Counted from the first letter of the stretch, positions 30,930 to 41,682 are shown. The stretch is 64,000 nt of DNA from an uncultured virus (IMG/VR IMGVR_UViG_3300009164_000061) (IMGVR_UViG_3300009164_000061:1-64000); one strand, 5' to 3'. Notes: generated by a model from the sequence alone, not told the origin. Program-made: numbers and translations.

Positions 30930-33305
30930 ATGAGATATGTAATTTCAGCAGACCAGTACTTTAATCACGGAGCTGAACCAGTTAATGAAAAACTGATTCA
31001 ATATTTTGAGAGTATTCCTGAGTCTTTTTGGACTGCCCTAGATGCAGTTGACTTTAGCAAATTAAGTAAACCTAGAACGCCTAACCATTCAGAAGAAGAA
31101 ATCTTTGAGCATCAAGTTTTTTTACTTGAAAATTTTGAAGATATTAACGATATTATCAAAAAGGAGGACTTTTTGGTTAGACAGGGATACGATACAATTA
31201 AGCTTCGACTTAATGAATCATACCTACATACTGTCCAATTAATTAACGAAGGCGTAATGAGTTCAGTTATGAACTTTGTAAAAGCCCTAGTTGCGGATCC
31301 GGATCCAACCGAAATGGGTCTAAATATTCTAAGATTAGTACTAGATGTAATTGGAATTGTTCCATTTACTTGGGCTGGATTTCCAATTGATGTAGTTGCA
31401 AATATCTTATCAGCTATCATTTCTTTATATAAGGGCGAATATGTATCAATGATACTTAGCGTAATCGCAGCAATCGATGTTACTAAAACTTCAAATTTCT
31501 TAAAAACTATTAAATTTTTACCTAAGCCGGTTCTTGGTCTACTTGAAAAATTAACCAAAATTCTATGCAGGACTGGAAGTTCGGCAACTGAAGTTGGGCC
31601 AGCAGTTCTTGCACTAAAGAACGGAATTAGAACGCTAGGCGATAAGAGTATTTCTGGAATAATTGCTTCGTTACTTAAAGGAGTTGCTAACTTTTTTGGA
31701 ACAGTTGCAGTTGGCGTACTTAAATTTGTTACTAATTTTATAAAAACAGTATTTAATTTAGTTCCAATTGTTGGAAAATACGGAGTAAAAGCTGTACAGG
31801 CATTTGAAAGACTTGGACTTGAAGCTCAACTTAAGATATTTGGTCGTAATTTTGAAACGGCTGCGAAGTTGTTAGGTGAAGAAACTACTAAAAAGGAAAT
31901 TGCAAAAGGCGCTGATAAATTAGCAGATACCGTAGTTTCTAAAAAGGGAGTTGAATATGCTGCAACTAGTCCACAAGGAAAGGCTATTCTTAATTCAACT
32001 GCCTATAAAGATTTTGATCCAGCTGTAATTACGGCTTATGCAAAAGAAGGAGGGTATTCAGCTGATTTACTAAAGGCTGTTGAACAAGATAAAAAATTCA
32101 TGGCCTCAATTGCAGGTCAACCTGAATCTCTACAACAAGTAGCAAAAGCGGCAAAGGTTGAAAATGAATTAATTGGCGCATCAGTTGATGCAATTGATCA
32201 AATTGTTAAAAAGGATCCAAAATTAGCAGAATATTTTGCAAATAAGTATGGATGGAAACCTAGTGGCGAATATATTACTCAACTTGCAAAAGACGCAAAG
32301 GCTGATGATATTCGCAAAGTATTTAAAACAATGCTGACTGATCCAGCGGTTGCTAAAAATTTATCAAAAGCTGAGGTTAGAGCATTTACTCCATGGGCAA
32401 CAAAACCTGAAATTTTTATTCAAGGTGTTAAAAACTTTGATGATACTGTTTATGTATTAGCTAAACTAACTAAAGCAGGCGGCGCGCTTGCAACTAGAGG
32501 AATATTTCTAAAAAGGCTACTTAATTTTATTTCAAGACTTGCATACCAGCGCTATGGAAGCCTGGAGTGTATTAAGCAAATGGCAACTAGTTCAGCGACT
32601 AAGTTGGCAGGTTCGGCATTATCGCCAGCTCTAAATGAAGAGGATTCAGTATCTACTGGAGATTCTACAGTAGATGCAAATAATGCAGCTGCAAATCAAG
32701 CGGCTTCCGCTCAAGCTGAATTTATTAATCCAGAAAAAACCGCCGCTTCTTCTGAAGTAGAAGCAGTAATTAAGAAAAACGATGAGATCGTAAAGACTGC
32801 AACCGCCAAGGCTGGTAAAACCGATTGTAATTTAATAACTGACGTAGTTAAAGCAACGGTCGGCGCCCATTGTGCTAATTTCCCAGGTTCAACTGCTCTA
32901 CTTGGAGGTACTGCGAATATGGCAAATGATCCAAAAGCCGCAGCCGAGTTTGAAAAGAAAAGTACTGAATATACTAAACAAATTTTAAGATCAATGGGAT
33001 TAGACGATTCAATTGATGCTCAACATGCACTAAATTCTCAAGATCTTCCAACTAGAGCAGCCTTTGCTGATGTATTTGATTTTGAAACAGGTATGGTTAG
33101 TTTAAATATGGAAGATACTTCAAGAGTACATGATAGTTTGCAACAATTAGTTAAGGACGGTACTGTTACTCAAGAAGAAGCAGACGCTGCTGAAAAAATC
33201 GCAATTGAATCAATAAAAAATGCAAATCCTCCTGAATTAAAATTGACTCAAAGTAAATCAACTAATGAAGGTTTATTTAGGACTAAAACTTTTAATTTTG
33301 CATAA
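30930..33305 (+). CDS. Large putative internal virion (ejected) protein with hydrophobic helical hairpin
   Basis: Late motif at 30899; VNE/LNE/INE sites; LDVIGIVP...DVVANILSA. Confidence 0.55.
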   Translation: MRYVISADQYFNHGAEPVNEKLIQYFESIPESFWTALDAVDFSKLSKPRTPNHSEEEIFEHQVFLLENFEDINDIIKKEDFLVRQGYDTIKLRLNESYLHTVQLINEGVMSSVMNFVKALVADPDPTEMGLNILRLVLDVIGIVPFTWAGFPIDVVANILSAIISLYKGEYVSMILSVIAAIDVTKTSNFLKTIKFLPKPVLGLLEKLTKILCRTGSSATEVGPAVLALKNGIRTLGDKSISGIIASLLKGVANFFGTVAVGVLKFVTNFIKTVFNLVPIVGKYGVKAVQAFERLGLEAQLKIFGRNFETAAKLLGEETTKKEIAKGADKLADTVVSKKGVEYAATSPQGKAILNSTAYKDFDPAVITAYAKEGGYSADLLKAVEQDKKFMASIAGQPESLQQVAKAAKVENELIGASVDAIDQIVKKDPKLAEYFANKYGWKPSGEYITQLAKDAKADDIRKVFKTMLTDPAVAKNLSKAEVRAFTPWATKPEIFIQGVKNFDDTVYVLAKLTKAGGALATRGIFLKRLLNFISRLAYQRYGSLECIKQMATSSATKLAGSALSPALNEEDSVSTGDSTVDANNAAANQAASAQAEFINPEKTAASSEVEAVIKKNDEIVKTATAKAGKTDCNLITDVVKATVGAHCANFPGSTALLGGTANMANDPKAAAEFEKKSTEYTKQILRSMGLDDSIDAQHALNSQDLPTRAAFADVFDFETGMVSLNMEDTSRVHDSLQQLVKDGTVTQEEADAAEKIAIESIKNANPPELKLTQSKSTNEGLFRTKTFNFA

Positions 33306-33332
33306 TAAATAACTAAAAATAAGTAAACACAA

Positions 33333-34445
33333 ATGACCCTTGTTAAAACATTTGAAGAATTTAAAAAACCGTCAGTAATTGATGAAGCTCGTGAAGTTAC
33401 AAAGATTTCTACTGCTAAACCAGAGGCTGGCGAGTTAAAAAGATGGGATATAGTATTACGTAGTGGAAAAGAAGGATCAGTTGACGAAGCCAATCCATCT
33501 AATACAATATTACGTGAACTGGCCCAAGACCCAGATTTTAAAAATTGGTGGAATGCCCCAGCTGATGAAACTAAAGATGGAATTAAAATCCCAAATCATA
33601 ATTTATTGGCTATTATTGATTTAGGCGTTCAAAATAAAACTAATTTAATTGGACAAACTGTTTTTAAAGCACAGGTTGCCTTTTTACCTTACGCGACAGA
33701 TCAAATCGAAGGATCTGGCGGAATGTGGGTTGCATACGATGTTACAAAAGTTCCACATAGAGCAAGTGTTGCAGTTGAAGGCTCAGCGGTTGAACTTGCT
33801 GCTTGGAATAAAACAGATTTGCCTAATTTAAGAGTTATTAATGATAATAAAAGAATAATGGCGCTAGGTAAAAATGGAAAACCTATAGAATCAAATTTAG
33901 TTAGCCCATCATATGTTGAAAAAAATGCTGCACAGACTAGCTCAGCGAATGTGGCAACCGTACCGGGTTCAACAACTGCTACAACTCCAAGTTCAACTAG
34001 CTCTACAACTCCAGGTTCAACAACCACGCCAAGTTCAACTAGCGCTACGGCTAACACCTCAGCTGGATTAAAAGCAACCCAAACTTTTGACCAAAAAATT
34101 CAAGATCTACAGAAAAAAATTATTGCTAGTGGAAATGCCGAAGCAGCCAAAGCAATTAATGATAAGGGCGGAGCTATTGGTAAATACGGAAGTGGAACAG
34201 CTAAAGCAATTGCAATTTTAGTTGGTACTCCAAATACTCCAATTACTGAAATTACTCCAGAAATAGCTGCTAAATTAGATGCAGCCCTAAAGAATGTAAC
34301 TCCTGAACAAATTGCTGCAGTTAAAGCGCCTGCTGCAGTTAAAGCGCCAGCTGCTAATCAAGCAAAAACTGCAAATTCAGTAGCTACAAATAAAGTTGCA
34401 CCTGCAACCACGGTAACCACTAAAAAGGGCAACTTAACATTTTAA
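33333..34445 (+). CDS. Putative internal virion protein, possible peptidoglycan-binding-like C-terminal domain
   Basis: MTLVKTFEEF...IDE tag; Thr/Ser linker; IQDLQKKI...GKYGSGTAKAI. Confidence 0.55.
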   Translation: MTLVKTFEEFKKPSVIDEAREVTKISTAKPEAGELKRWDIVLRSGKEGSVDEANPSNTILRELAQDPDFKNWWNAPADETKDGIKIPNHNLLAIIDLGVQNKTNLIGQTVFKAQVAFLPYATDQIEGSGGMWVAYDVTKVPHRASVAVEGSAVELAAWNKTDLPNLRVINDNKRIMALGKNGKPIESNLVSPSYVEKNAAQTSSANVATVPGSTTATTPSSTSSTTPGSTTTPSSTSATANTSAGLKATQTFDQKIQDLQKKIIASGNAEAAKAINDKGGAIGKYGSGTAKAIAILVGTPNTPITEITPEIAAKLDAALKNVTPEQIAAVKAPAAVKAPAANQAKTANSVATNKVAPATTVTTKKGNLTF

Positions 34446-34460
34446 AAATAAAATCTATTT

Positions 34461-35459
34461 ATGAATATTTTAAATTACGCGAGAGGCTTAGAGCTATCAA
34501 CCTATAATAAAATCAACGAGTCTGCAATTTTAGAAGCAGATGCTAATCCAACCAAAGCCCTTGAGCAAATAAAAAGCGGAAAGGCCGGAGGCACATATGC
34601 AGCTCAATGGAATCAAGTTCAAACTGCGGTTGTTGCTGGCCATGAAGCTGACCAACCTACCGGAAAGGTAATGGTTAAACACGATAATGGTGCTGATATG
34701 GTTACAGTTAATTGGAAAATTACAAACGGTAAAGTTGATCTTTCAGTAGACGGTGCAGCAGTTGCCGCAACCGGTCAAATGGTTAATATTGAAAAGCTTT
34801 CAACATACGACCCAAAGGGTAAGATGAATGAATTTATTGCTGCACTAATTACCGTATCTATTGAAAAATTTGGAAAGACTTGGGATAAAGCTCACATGGA
34901 TTGGGTTAATGCTCAAATCAATAAGTGTAAAGCATTGGGTGGATTTTATGGTAGAATTGGCGATTATGCAACTAGCCCATGTTTAGTCGGAGATGGAGAC
35001 ATTTTTACACCATGGATAAATCCGTTAAGTGGAGGTGATCGCCCAACCCAAATCGATGCAATTGGAAAGGTTAATAAAATTGCAGGATCTGCCGCAACTG
35101 ATGCTCAAGTTAATATGATACTTCAAGTAATTAATTTAAAGACTCAAGAATCAATAATCAGCCAGACTGATGAAAAGGCAATTCATGGACTTTACATGTT
35201 AATTTCCCCAAAATATACAATAGGCCAGTTGCAACGAATGTATGATGCAATTGCCGGAGCTTCATCTGGCGGGATATTTTATACCCTGAAAAGCAGCGGC
35301 GCAACCAACAATATTTCGGTAACTGATAAAGCAAAATTTGCTCAATGGTGCATTGGAGTTAGAGGAAATCAGCACAGTGCAGATATGCTTGCGGAATACC
35401 GCTTTGACATAGCCTCATACACTGCTAGTTTAGCTGCAATTAAAACATCTTTAGTATAA
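34461..35459 (+). CDS. Putative internal virion protein
   Basis: N-terminal ...YNKINESAILEA. Confidence 0.55.
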   Translation: MNILNYARGLELSTYNKINESAILEADANPTKALEQIKSGKAGGTYAAQWNQVQTAVVAGHEADQPTGKVMVKHDNGADMVTVNWKITNGKVDLSVDGAAVAATGQMVNIEKLSTYDPKGKMNEFIAALITVSIEKFGKTWDKAHMDWVNAQINKCKALGGFYGRIGDYATSPCLVGDGDIFTPWINPLSGGDRPTQIDAIGKVNKIAGSAATDAQVNMILQVINLKTQESIISQTDEKAIHGLYMLISPKYTIGQLQRMYDAIAGASSGGIFYTLKSSGATNNISVTDKAKFAQWCIGVRGNQHSADMLAEYRFDIASYTASLAAIKTSLV

Positions 35460-35466
35460 TAGTCCC

Positions 35467-35652
35467 ATGCTAATTATAAATGTAAAAGAAAATGGAACTT
35501 TAGACAGGGCTCTTAAAGTTTTAAAACGCAAATTTGAAAAAACTGGTACGGTGAAGCAATTACGTTCACGAAAGGAATTTATAAAACCAAGTATAAAACG
35601 TAGAGAAGAGATTCGTAATGCGGAATACCGTCAATCTCTAAACAATGATTAA
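35467..35652 (+). CDS. rpsU: Ribosomal protein bS21, Bacteroidota type
   Basis: MLIINVKENGTLDRALKVLKRKFEKTG...RKEFIKPSIKRR...AEY. Confidence 0.93.
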   Translation: MLIINVKENGTLDRALKVLKRKFEKTGTVKQLRSRKEFIKPSIKRREEIRNAEYRQSLNND

Positions 35653-36112
35653 AACATTTTCTAATTTCTTGGCAGAAAAAAAGAAATATTCAGATGCGGC
35701 TGGTGTAGCTATTCTTTATCAAAAAAAGATTCTACTAGTTCATCCAACCAATGGCAGTTGGACCAAACCAATTATGGGAATTCCAAAAGGCAAAATTGAA
35801 GTTGGAGAAGAAATTCTTGATGCTGCGCTTAGAGAACTTCTTGAAGAAACTGGAATTAGGCTCTCACCTGATAAATTAGAGCCGGCTGTTGAAACTGTTC
35901 AGGTTTTTGATAAGGCCGGCGACTATAAAAACTCACTTCATTATTTTATTTGTAGAATCTCAGAGCTTTCTGAAATTGGACTAGATGGATTGACTATTCC
36001 AAAGAGTCAATTACAGCCAGAAGAAATAGACTGGGCCGGCTTTATTGATGTTAAAGACGCCTATTCAAAGGTATCTAGAGCACAATTAATAATTTTAGAT
36101 AGAATTTCCTAA
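35645..36112 (+). CDS. NUDIX hydrolase with CTS-like N-terminus
   Basis: Nudix box GKIEVGEEILDAALRELLEETGI; starts MIKTFSNFLAE. Confidence 0.88.
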   Translation: MIKTFSNFLAEKKKYSDAAGVAILYQKKILLVHPTNGSWTKPIMGIPKGKIEVGEEILDAALRELLEETGIRLSPDKLEPAVETVQVFDKAGDYKNSLHYFICRISELSEIGLDGLTIPKSQLQPEEIDWAGFIDVKDAYSKVSRAQLIILDRIS

Positions 36113-36163
36113 AACTCCTTCACCATTTTTAGTAAAATAGCTAAACAACAAATTTTATATAAA

Positions 36164-36724
36164 ATGGAAAATCAACACGAATTAATTACTGATGAACTAG
36201 TAATGGACGAAGCTACCGTAGCTATCGAAGAACCTCAAATGGAAATGGCACCAGACATGGTAATGGAAGAGCCAACTCAAGAACCCCAAGCTGAAATGTC
36301 AGAATTAGACATGTTAATCAACAAAAGAACTGGATTTTTCCAAGTTAATTTGGACATTAAAGATTTAAAATGGATTAAAAATTCATGTAATGACGGTAAA
36401 TTTGGATTCACTGGCCCAAATGAAGCGTTTATGATTATGAATTGTTTCATGGGATTCTCTTCTGCTATTGCACGTCTTGAACAAGAAGACAAAGACTCGG
36501 AATCAGCTGGAGTTCAAATCCAAGCTTCTGCAGTTGAAGCGGCAGCCATCCTTATTAATAAATTCGAAGGTTCAAGTTTAGAATCAGCTCAACGAATTTT
36601 TAGAATTGCGATTGCACTTAACACTCCAGTAATGGAAATGAAGCAGCTTGATCAAATCATTAACCAAATTAAATTGGAAAATGCAAAGCAGGACGAACTT
36701 ACTAAGCAAGAACCTCAAGCCTAA
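36164..36724 (+). CDS. Acidic hypothetical protein
   Basis: 186-aa ORF with Glu/Met-rich N-terminus. Confidence 0.6.
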   Translation: MENQHELITDELVMDEATVAIEEPQMEMAPDMVMEEPTQEPQAEMSELDMLINKRTGFFQVNLDIKDLKWIKNSCNDGKFGFTGPNEAFMIMNCFMGFSSAIARLEQEDKDSESAGVQIQASAVEAAAILINKFEGSSLESAQRIFRIAIALNTPVMEMKQLDQIINQIKLENAKQDELTKQEPQA

Positions 36725-36743
36725 TTTTTTTAAATTTTTATTA

Positions 36744-36767
36744 AAAGCCGCGTCAGCGGCTTTTTTT
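36744..36767 (+). terminator. Intrinsic terminator
   Basis: aaaagccgc-gtca-gcggcttttttt. Confidence 0.85.
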
Positions 36768-36785
36768 GTTTAGTATAATAACCGT

Positions 36786-38075
36786 ATGACAAACCAAGAT
36801 TTTAAATTAGTTGCACAATTCATTGACGAAATGAAAGCGACTTCTTCAACAAACGATAAGAAAGAGATACTTAAACGTTACGATACTCCAGTATTACGTA
36901 AGCTGTTTGAATACGTCTATTCTCCATTTAAACAGTATTATGTTACTTCAGATAATTTAAAGAAACGTCAGGATCTTAGTTTTGATAACTATGATGATCT
37001 ATTTGATTTACTTAATGATCTGGATGCAAGGCTAATCACAGGTCACAATGCTATTCAAGTAGTTAATGGTTTTATTGCTAAAAATCAGGAGTTCGCGGAG
37101 GTCATCTATGATGTGATAGACCGAAACTTAAAGACTAGAGCAACTACTACCTTAATTAATTCAGTAATGCCAGGTACAGTACCTACATTTGATGTTGCCC
37201 TAGCTGAGAAGTTTGATGGTAATGAAAAAAAGGTAAACTTTGAGTCTGGAGAATGGTGGGCAAGTCGTAAGCTTGATGGAGTTCGTTGTATTACCGTAAT
37301 TGACGAACATGGCGAACCTAAGTTTTATTCACGAGCTGGCAACGAATTTTTAACGCTTTCAATCTTGGCTCAAGATATTAAGAGGCTTGGATTAAAGAAT
37401 AAAGTATTGGATGGAGAAGTTTGCGTTATGAAACCTGGCGGACTTGAAGATTTCCAGGGGGTTATCAAAGAAATTGGTAGAAAAAACCATACTATACAGA
37501 ATCCAAAATATTATGTGTTTGATTTTTTAGAATCATCTGAATTTTGGAATCAAGCCGGAGACGTTTCTCTTTCAGCCCGACTAATCATCTTAAATGCAAT
37601 TGTAACTGGCCTAACCTATGCTGAACCATTACCCCAATTTCAAATAAAATCAATTGAGGAATTTGAAAAGATTGTGGCTGATGCAACTGAAATGGGTTAT
37701 GAAGGTGTAATGATGCGTAAGGATATTGGATACGAAGGCAAGCGCTCAAAGAATCTACTTAAGGTTAAAAAGATGCATGATGCAGAATATGTAGTAATCG
37801 ATCTTGAATCTGACGTAAATCGTATTATTGATATGGGTAAAGAAGTTGAAGAGCTTATGCTAAAAGCCGTAATTGTAGAACACAAAGGTAATACAGTTAG
37901 AGTAGGTTCAGGCTTTAATCTTGAACAAAGACGACACTATCACGAAAACCCAAATGAAATTTTAGGTAAAACAATTACTGTACAATTCTTTGAAGAAACT
38001 ACTGATCAACATGGTGCTCACTCACTAAGATTTCCAGTATTTAAAGCAGTTCACGGTCAAAAGAGAGAATTTTAA
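36786..38075 (+). CDS. ATP-dependent DNA ligase
   Basis: KLDGVR, LDGEV, FDFL, EGVMMR, LLKVK, VGSGF, LRFPVF. Confidence 0.95.
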   Translation: MTNQDFKLVAQFIDEMKATSSTNDKKEILKRYDTPVLRKLFEYVYSPFKQYYVTSDNLKKRQDLSFDNYDDLFDLLNDLDARLITGHNAIQVVNGFIAKNQEFAEVIYDVIDRNLKTRATTTLINSVMPGTVPTFDVALAEKFDGNEKKVNFESGEWWASRKLDGVRCITVIDEHGEPKFYSRAGNEFLTLSILAQDIKRLGLKNKVLDGEVCVMKPGGLEDFQGVIKEIGRKNHTIQNPKYYVFDFLESSEFWNQAGDVSLSARLIILNAIVTGLTYAEPLPQFQIKSIEEFEKIVADATEMGYEGVMMRKDIGYEGKRSKNLLKVKKMHDAEYVVIDLESDVNRIIDMGKEVEELMLKAVIVEHKGNTVRVGSGFNLEQRRHYHENPNEILGKTITVQFFEETTDQHGAHSLRFPVFKAVHGQKREF

Positions 38076-38083
38076 TTTAATAT

Positions 38084-38563
38084 ATGAGCAAACGAATAAT
38101 TTTAGTCGGCAAAGCCGCAAGCGGAAAGGATTTCCTTCGCAAAAAATTTGAAGATCGCGGGTTTAAATACGCAATCAGTTACACAACAAGACCTCCAAGA
38201 GAAGGTGAGGTACATGGAAAAGATTATTTTTTCATGACCCGGCCGCAGGCTCAAGACATGATTGACACCGATCAATTTTACGAATGGGTTGCGTTTAATA
38301 ACTGGATATACGGAACAACCGTTGACCAATTTGAACAAGACGATCTTTTTATTATGACCCCGTCTGGTTTAGCCCATTTATCTGATGATGCACGTAAAGA
38401 GTCACTTGTAATCTTTTTTGATATAGATGAAGAGATTAGACGGCAGCGTATGATTAGCCGTAATATGCCAGGAGATTCAGTTGAACGTCGACTTGAAGCA
38501 GACCGCAAAGATTTTGAAAATTTTACTAACTACGATATAAAAATAACTAATCACGATTTCTAA
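38084..38563 (+). CDS. Guanylate kinase-like NMP kinase
   Basis: GKAASGKD, YTTRPPREGEVHGKDYFF, YGT. Confidence 0.85.
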   Translation: MSKRIILVGKAASGKDFLRKKFEDRGFKYAISYTTRPPREGEVHGKDYFFMTRPQAQDMIDTDQFYEWVAFNNWIYGTTVDQFEQDDLFIMTPSGLAHLSDDARKESLVIFFDIDEEIRRQRMISRNMPGDSVERRLEADRKDFENFTNYDIKITNHDF

Positions 38564-38564
38564 T

Positions 38565-38984
38565 ATGGCATTTGAATTAACAGGGGTAATTATCGAAATA
38601 TTCCCAGCACAGACATTTAACAAAGGCTTTCGCAAAAGAGAGTTTGTAATTGAATCAGGGGACAAGTACCCACAAAAAATAATATTTGGATTAGTCCAAG
38701 ATAAATGCGATATGATCGATTCATACGGCATCGGAGACACTGTCTCTATTTCGTTTGACGTAAAAGGTAGAGACTGGACTGATAAGTCTGGTCAAACCAA
38801 ATACTTCAACAGTCTTGAAGCTTACCGAATTAGTGGTCAGCAACGCGCATCCACTAAAAGTAAAAAAGTTGAAGAAGAGGACGAAGATGATGAAATCTTC
38901 CGCAGTCTTGGAATTGACACAGGTCCTAAAAAATCAGCCGCTCCAGCTAATCCATTTAGTGATGATAGCGATTTACCATTTTAA
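38565..38984 (+). CDS. DUF3127-like OB-fold single-stranded DNA-binding protein
   Basis: FRKREFVI...YPQKI...GRDW...YFNSLEAYRI; acidic tail ending DDSDLPF. Confidence 0.8.
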   Translation: MAFELTGVIIEIFPAQTFNKGFRKREFVIESGDKYPQKIIFGLVQDKCDMIDSYGIGDTVSISFDVKGRDWTDKSGQTKYFNSLEAYRISGQQRASTKSKKVEEEDEDDEIFRSLGIDTGPKKSAAPANPFSDDSDLPF

Positions 38985-38995
38985 TCCATATACAT

Positions 38996-39622
38996 ATGAA
39001 ATATATTTCAATTGATATTGAGACGACTGGCCTTAACCCAGAGTCTTGTCAAATTCTTCAAATCGGTGCAGTGATTGAAGACACTCAAAAGCCTGTACCT
39101 TACGATCAGCTACCTAAGTTTCAGTGTATCATTGAACATGAAGCTTATGCTGGAAGTTCATTTGCGCTTTCATTAAATTCATGGATCTTAAAAATTCTTG
39201 GCGGTCTTGAGAATAAAACCAAGGAAGAGCGTTTGGCCTATCGAAAAGAGCATAATATTTTACCTGCCGGGCTTGTTGCCAAATCTTTTCAAATGTGGTT
39301 AATCTCAAACGGATTTCCATGTGAAGCGACTGGTGGTGTAAAGATTAATGTTGCCGGTAAAAACTTTGCAAGTTTTGATAAAGTATTTCTACAGAAACTT
39401 CCAAACTGGATGAGTTCAATTCAAATGAGGCAACGTATCCTGGATCCAGCTATTCTATTAATGGACTGGCACACTGACGAGAGTTTACCAAATTTACAGA
39501 CATGTATGGATCGATGCGAGCTATCTGGAGAAGTAACCCATGATGCTTTGCAGGATGCATTAGATGTAGTTAGAGTCATCAGGTCAGTTACGAATGGTTA
39601 CCAATCACCCAACAAATTTTAA
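38996..39622 (+). CDS. DEDDh 3'-5' exonuclease
   Basis: SIDIETTGL, NFASFD, HDALQDA. Confidence 0.88.
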   Translation: MKYISIDIETTGLNPESCQILQIGAVIEDTQKPVPYDQLPKFQCIIEHEAYAGSSFALSLNSWILKILGGLENKTKEERLAYRKEHNILPAGLVAKSFQMWLISNGFPCEATGGVKINVAGKNFASFDKVFLQKLPNWMSSIQMRQRILDPAILLMDWHTDESLPNLQTCMDRCELSGEVTHDALQDALDVVRVIRSVTNGYQSPNKF

Positions 39623-39631
39623 TTAACTAGG

Positions 39632-39910
39632 ATGAATATTTTAAAACTAAAGGAGTGTCTATTACTATTTGCTATTCAGCTTGTGCTATATGGAATTCTA
39701 TGTATAAATTTTAGAGCAGTTGCTGAAACTCAATATCACTTAGCAGCAGTTAGTGATTTTACAATAGCTTCACTAAACTTTTTTGTAATCCGAAAAATTG
39801 CAAAGAGCGAAGATTCACTACACCAATGGTTTGGTTATGTTGCCGGCTCAGTAGCAGGTTCGTATTTAGGTATTTGGCTATCGGTTCAGCTTGCCAATAC
39901 AATTTTGTAG
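39632..39910 (+). CDS. Small membrane protein
   Basis: About three hydrophobic segments. Confidence 0.6.
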   Translation: MNILKLKECLLLFAIQLVLYGILCINFRAVAETQYHLAAVSDFTIASLNFFVIRKIAKSEDSLHQWFGYVAGSVAGSYLGIWLSVQLANTIL

Positions 39911-39922
39911 TATAATAACTAC

Positions 39923-40897
39923 ATGAAAGATACTAACGTCCGTTTGGGTTATTGTTGCATTAACTTGTCATTAGCCGACCAAAAAATTACAGCCAATCGA
40001 GGTATGATCCGTAAAACCTTTCAGGAAAAGGGCCTTGAATATTGTGCCGAGCTTGCACATCAAAATATAAAAGATGTTCTAAAAATTCTGGAATGGAATT
40101 TAGCCAATGGCATTTATGTGTACAGAATGTCAAGCGATATTTTTCCATGGATGTCAGAATATGAAATTCAAATGCTGCCACATTTTCCTGAAATTTTATC
40201 AGACATGCAAGAGATTGGCAAGTTTGCAGTTGCAAATAATATCAGGGTATCAATGCACCCAGGCCAGTTCGATGTCTTGCCTTCTCCTAGAGCCGATGTT
40301 GTTGCAAAAACCGTAAAGGATCTGGATCAGCACTGCGAAATTATGGATCTTATGAAGTTGCCAACCAATGTAGGTTTCCCAATCAATATTCATATTGGCG
40401 GTACTTATGGCGATAAAACGGCAGCAGCTAAACGTTTTTGCGAGAATTTTCAACTACTTAAACCAAATACCAAAGCCAGGCTGGTTGTAGAAAATGACGA
40501 TAAGGCTACTCAATATTCAGTAGTCGATCTATATCAATTGGTGTATCTTGAAATAGGTACTCCTATTACTTTTGATTTTCATCATCACCGGTTTAATACT
40601 AGTGATCTTACTGAAGAGGCTGCGCTTAAGCTGGCTGCTACCACTTGGCACGGCCATACTCCGCTTACTCATTATTCAAGTAGTAAAAAAACATTCGAGG
40701 ATCCAAGCGTAATTGCGAGGTCTCATGCTGATTACATTTATGAGCAAATAAATAATTATGGTCAGGCAATAGATATTGAAATTGAGGCAAAGGCCAAAGA
40801 CTTAGCTGTACTTAAGTATCGCGAAGGTTTTAGCTCTTTACTTGAAAGCTATTTAGAGTTTGACGATAAGAGACTATTTGAAAAAATCGAAGCATAA
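39923..40897 (+). CDS. uvsE: UV damage endonuclease (UVDE)
   Basis: RLGYCC, YRMSSDIFP, SMHPGQF, VENDD, FDFHHH, HAD, EAKAKD. Confidence 0.93.
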   Translation: MKDTNVRLGYCCINLSLADQKITANRGMIRKTFQEKGLEYCAELAHQNIKDVLKILEWNLANGIYVYRMSSDIFPWMSEYEIQMLPHFPEILSDMQEIGKFAVANNIRVSMHPGQFDVLPSPRADVVAKTVKDLDQHCEIMDLMKLPTNVGFPINIHIGGTYGDKTAAAKRFCENFQLLKPNTKARLVVENDDKATQYSVVDLYQLVYLEIGTPITFDFHHHRFNTSDLTEEAALKLAATTWHGHTPLTHYSSSKKTFEDPSVIARSHADYIYEQINNYGQAIDIEIEAKAKDLAVLKYREGFSSLLESYLEFDDKRLFEKIEA

Positions 40898-41157
40898 TGG
40901 CTGACGAAACAACTCAAGGCTGTGGTTGCAGCAATAACCAACCAGTTCCACAAACTACTGTGCTTAGTAGAATCATGAATAAAGTATTTGTGAATGATAC
41001 AGAAAAAGACCGTCGAATGGCAATTTGTAAAGAGTGTCCGCATTTTGGCGAGATCCTAACCCAGTGCGGTATATGTGGCTGTTTCTTAGAGGCCAAGACC
41101 AGACTGGTAGGCTTTCATTGCGCACTAGATCAAATTGGCGAGGAACCTAAGTGGTAA
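40897..41157 (+). CDS. Cys-rich metal-binding protein
   Basis: RMAICKECPHF...CGICGCFL...C...KW. Confidence 0.65.
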   Translation: MADETTQGCGCSNNQPVPQTTVLSRIMNKVFVNDTEKDRRMAICKECPHFGEILTQCGICGCFLEAKTRLVGFHCALDQIGEEPKW

Positions 41158-41233
41158 TAAATAAATTTGAAATTTTAGAAATTTCCTGGCGAACTTAAGT
41201 TAGTGAGCTTGAAAAAATAGACACATATGGACG

Positions 41234-41458
41234 GTGATAGTCGAAACACGAAGAAGAACCCTATTTGGGAATCTATCAACCTGGAGCATGATGCTTGCCC
41301 TATTTTTCAATCCATTTGGCTTCGATATTGTCCAATTTTGGCTAATCGAAGCAACTGGCAGCTTGTGGCGAGCCAATTTCGTTATGTACTGTATTGCGGC
41401 AGTATTCTTTGGATCCTCTATCTACTTTCGTTGGCGTTATAAAAAACTATCTGTATGA
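41234..41458 (+). CDS. Small membrane protein
   Basis: Two hydrophobic segments (LALFFNPFGFD); start uncertain. Confidence 0.5.
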   Translation: MIVETRRRTLFGNLSTWSMMLALFFNPFGFDIVQFWLIEATGSLWRANFVMYCIAAVFFGSSIYFRWRYKKLSV

Positions 41459-41682
41459 GAGACTGTTTATCCCTAATCAATACTACCCTAACCAAAGATG
41501 GAATTGACCATCAAGTTAAAGACATCAGCGTTAGTTGCCTAAATCATACCTATATTACAGTCCACTGTAGTCAAACTGACTGCCGTGTTAATTATAAATT
41601 CACAGATTTTCAGTCCTTCTTAAACGACAATGGATTCTCATTAAGAGAATCCATTGCTAAAGAATATCAGTTTAAAGATTAG
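41455..41682 (+). CDS. Hypothetical protein
   Basis: 75-aa ORF overlapping the upstream stop. Confidence 0.45.
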   Translation: MRDCLSLINTTLTKDGIDHQVKDISVSCLNHTYITVHCSQTDCRVNYKFTDFQSFLNDNGFSLRESIAKEYQFKD

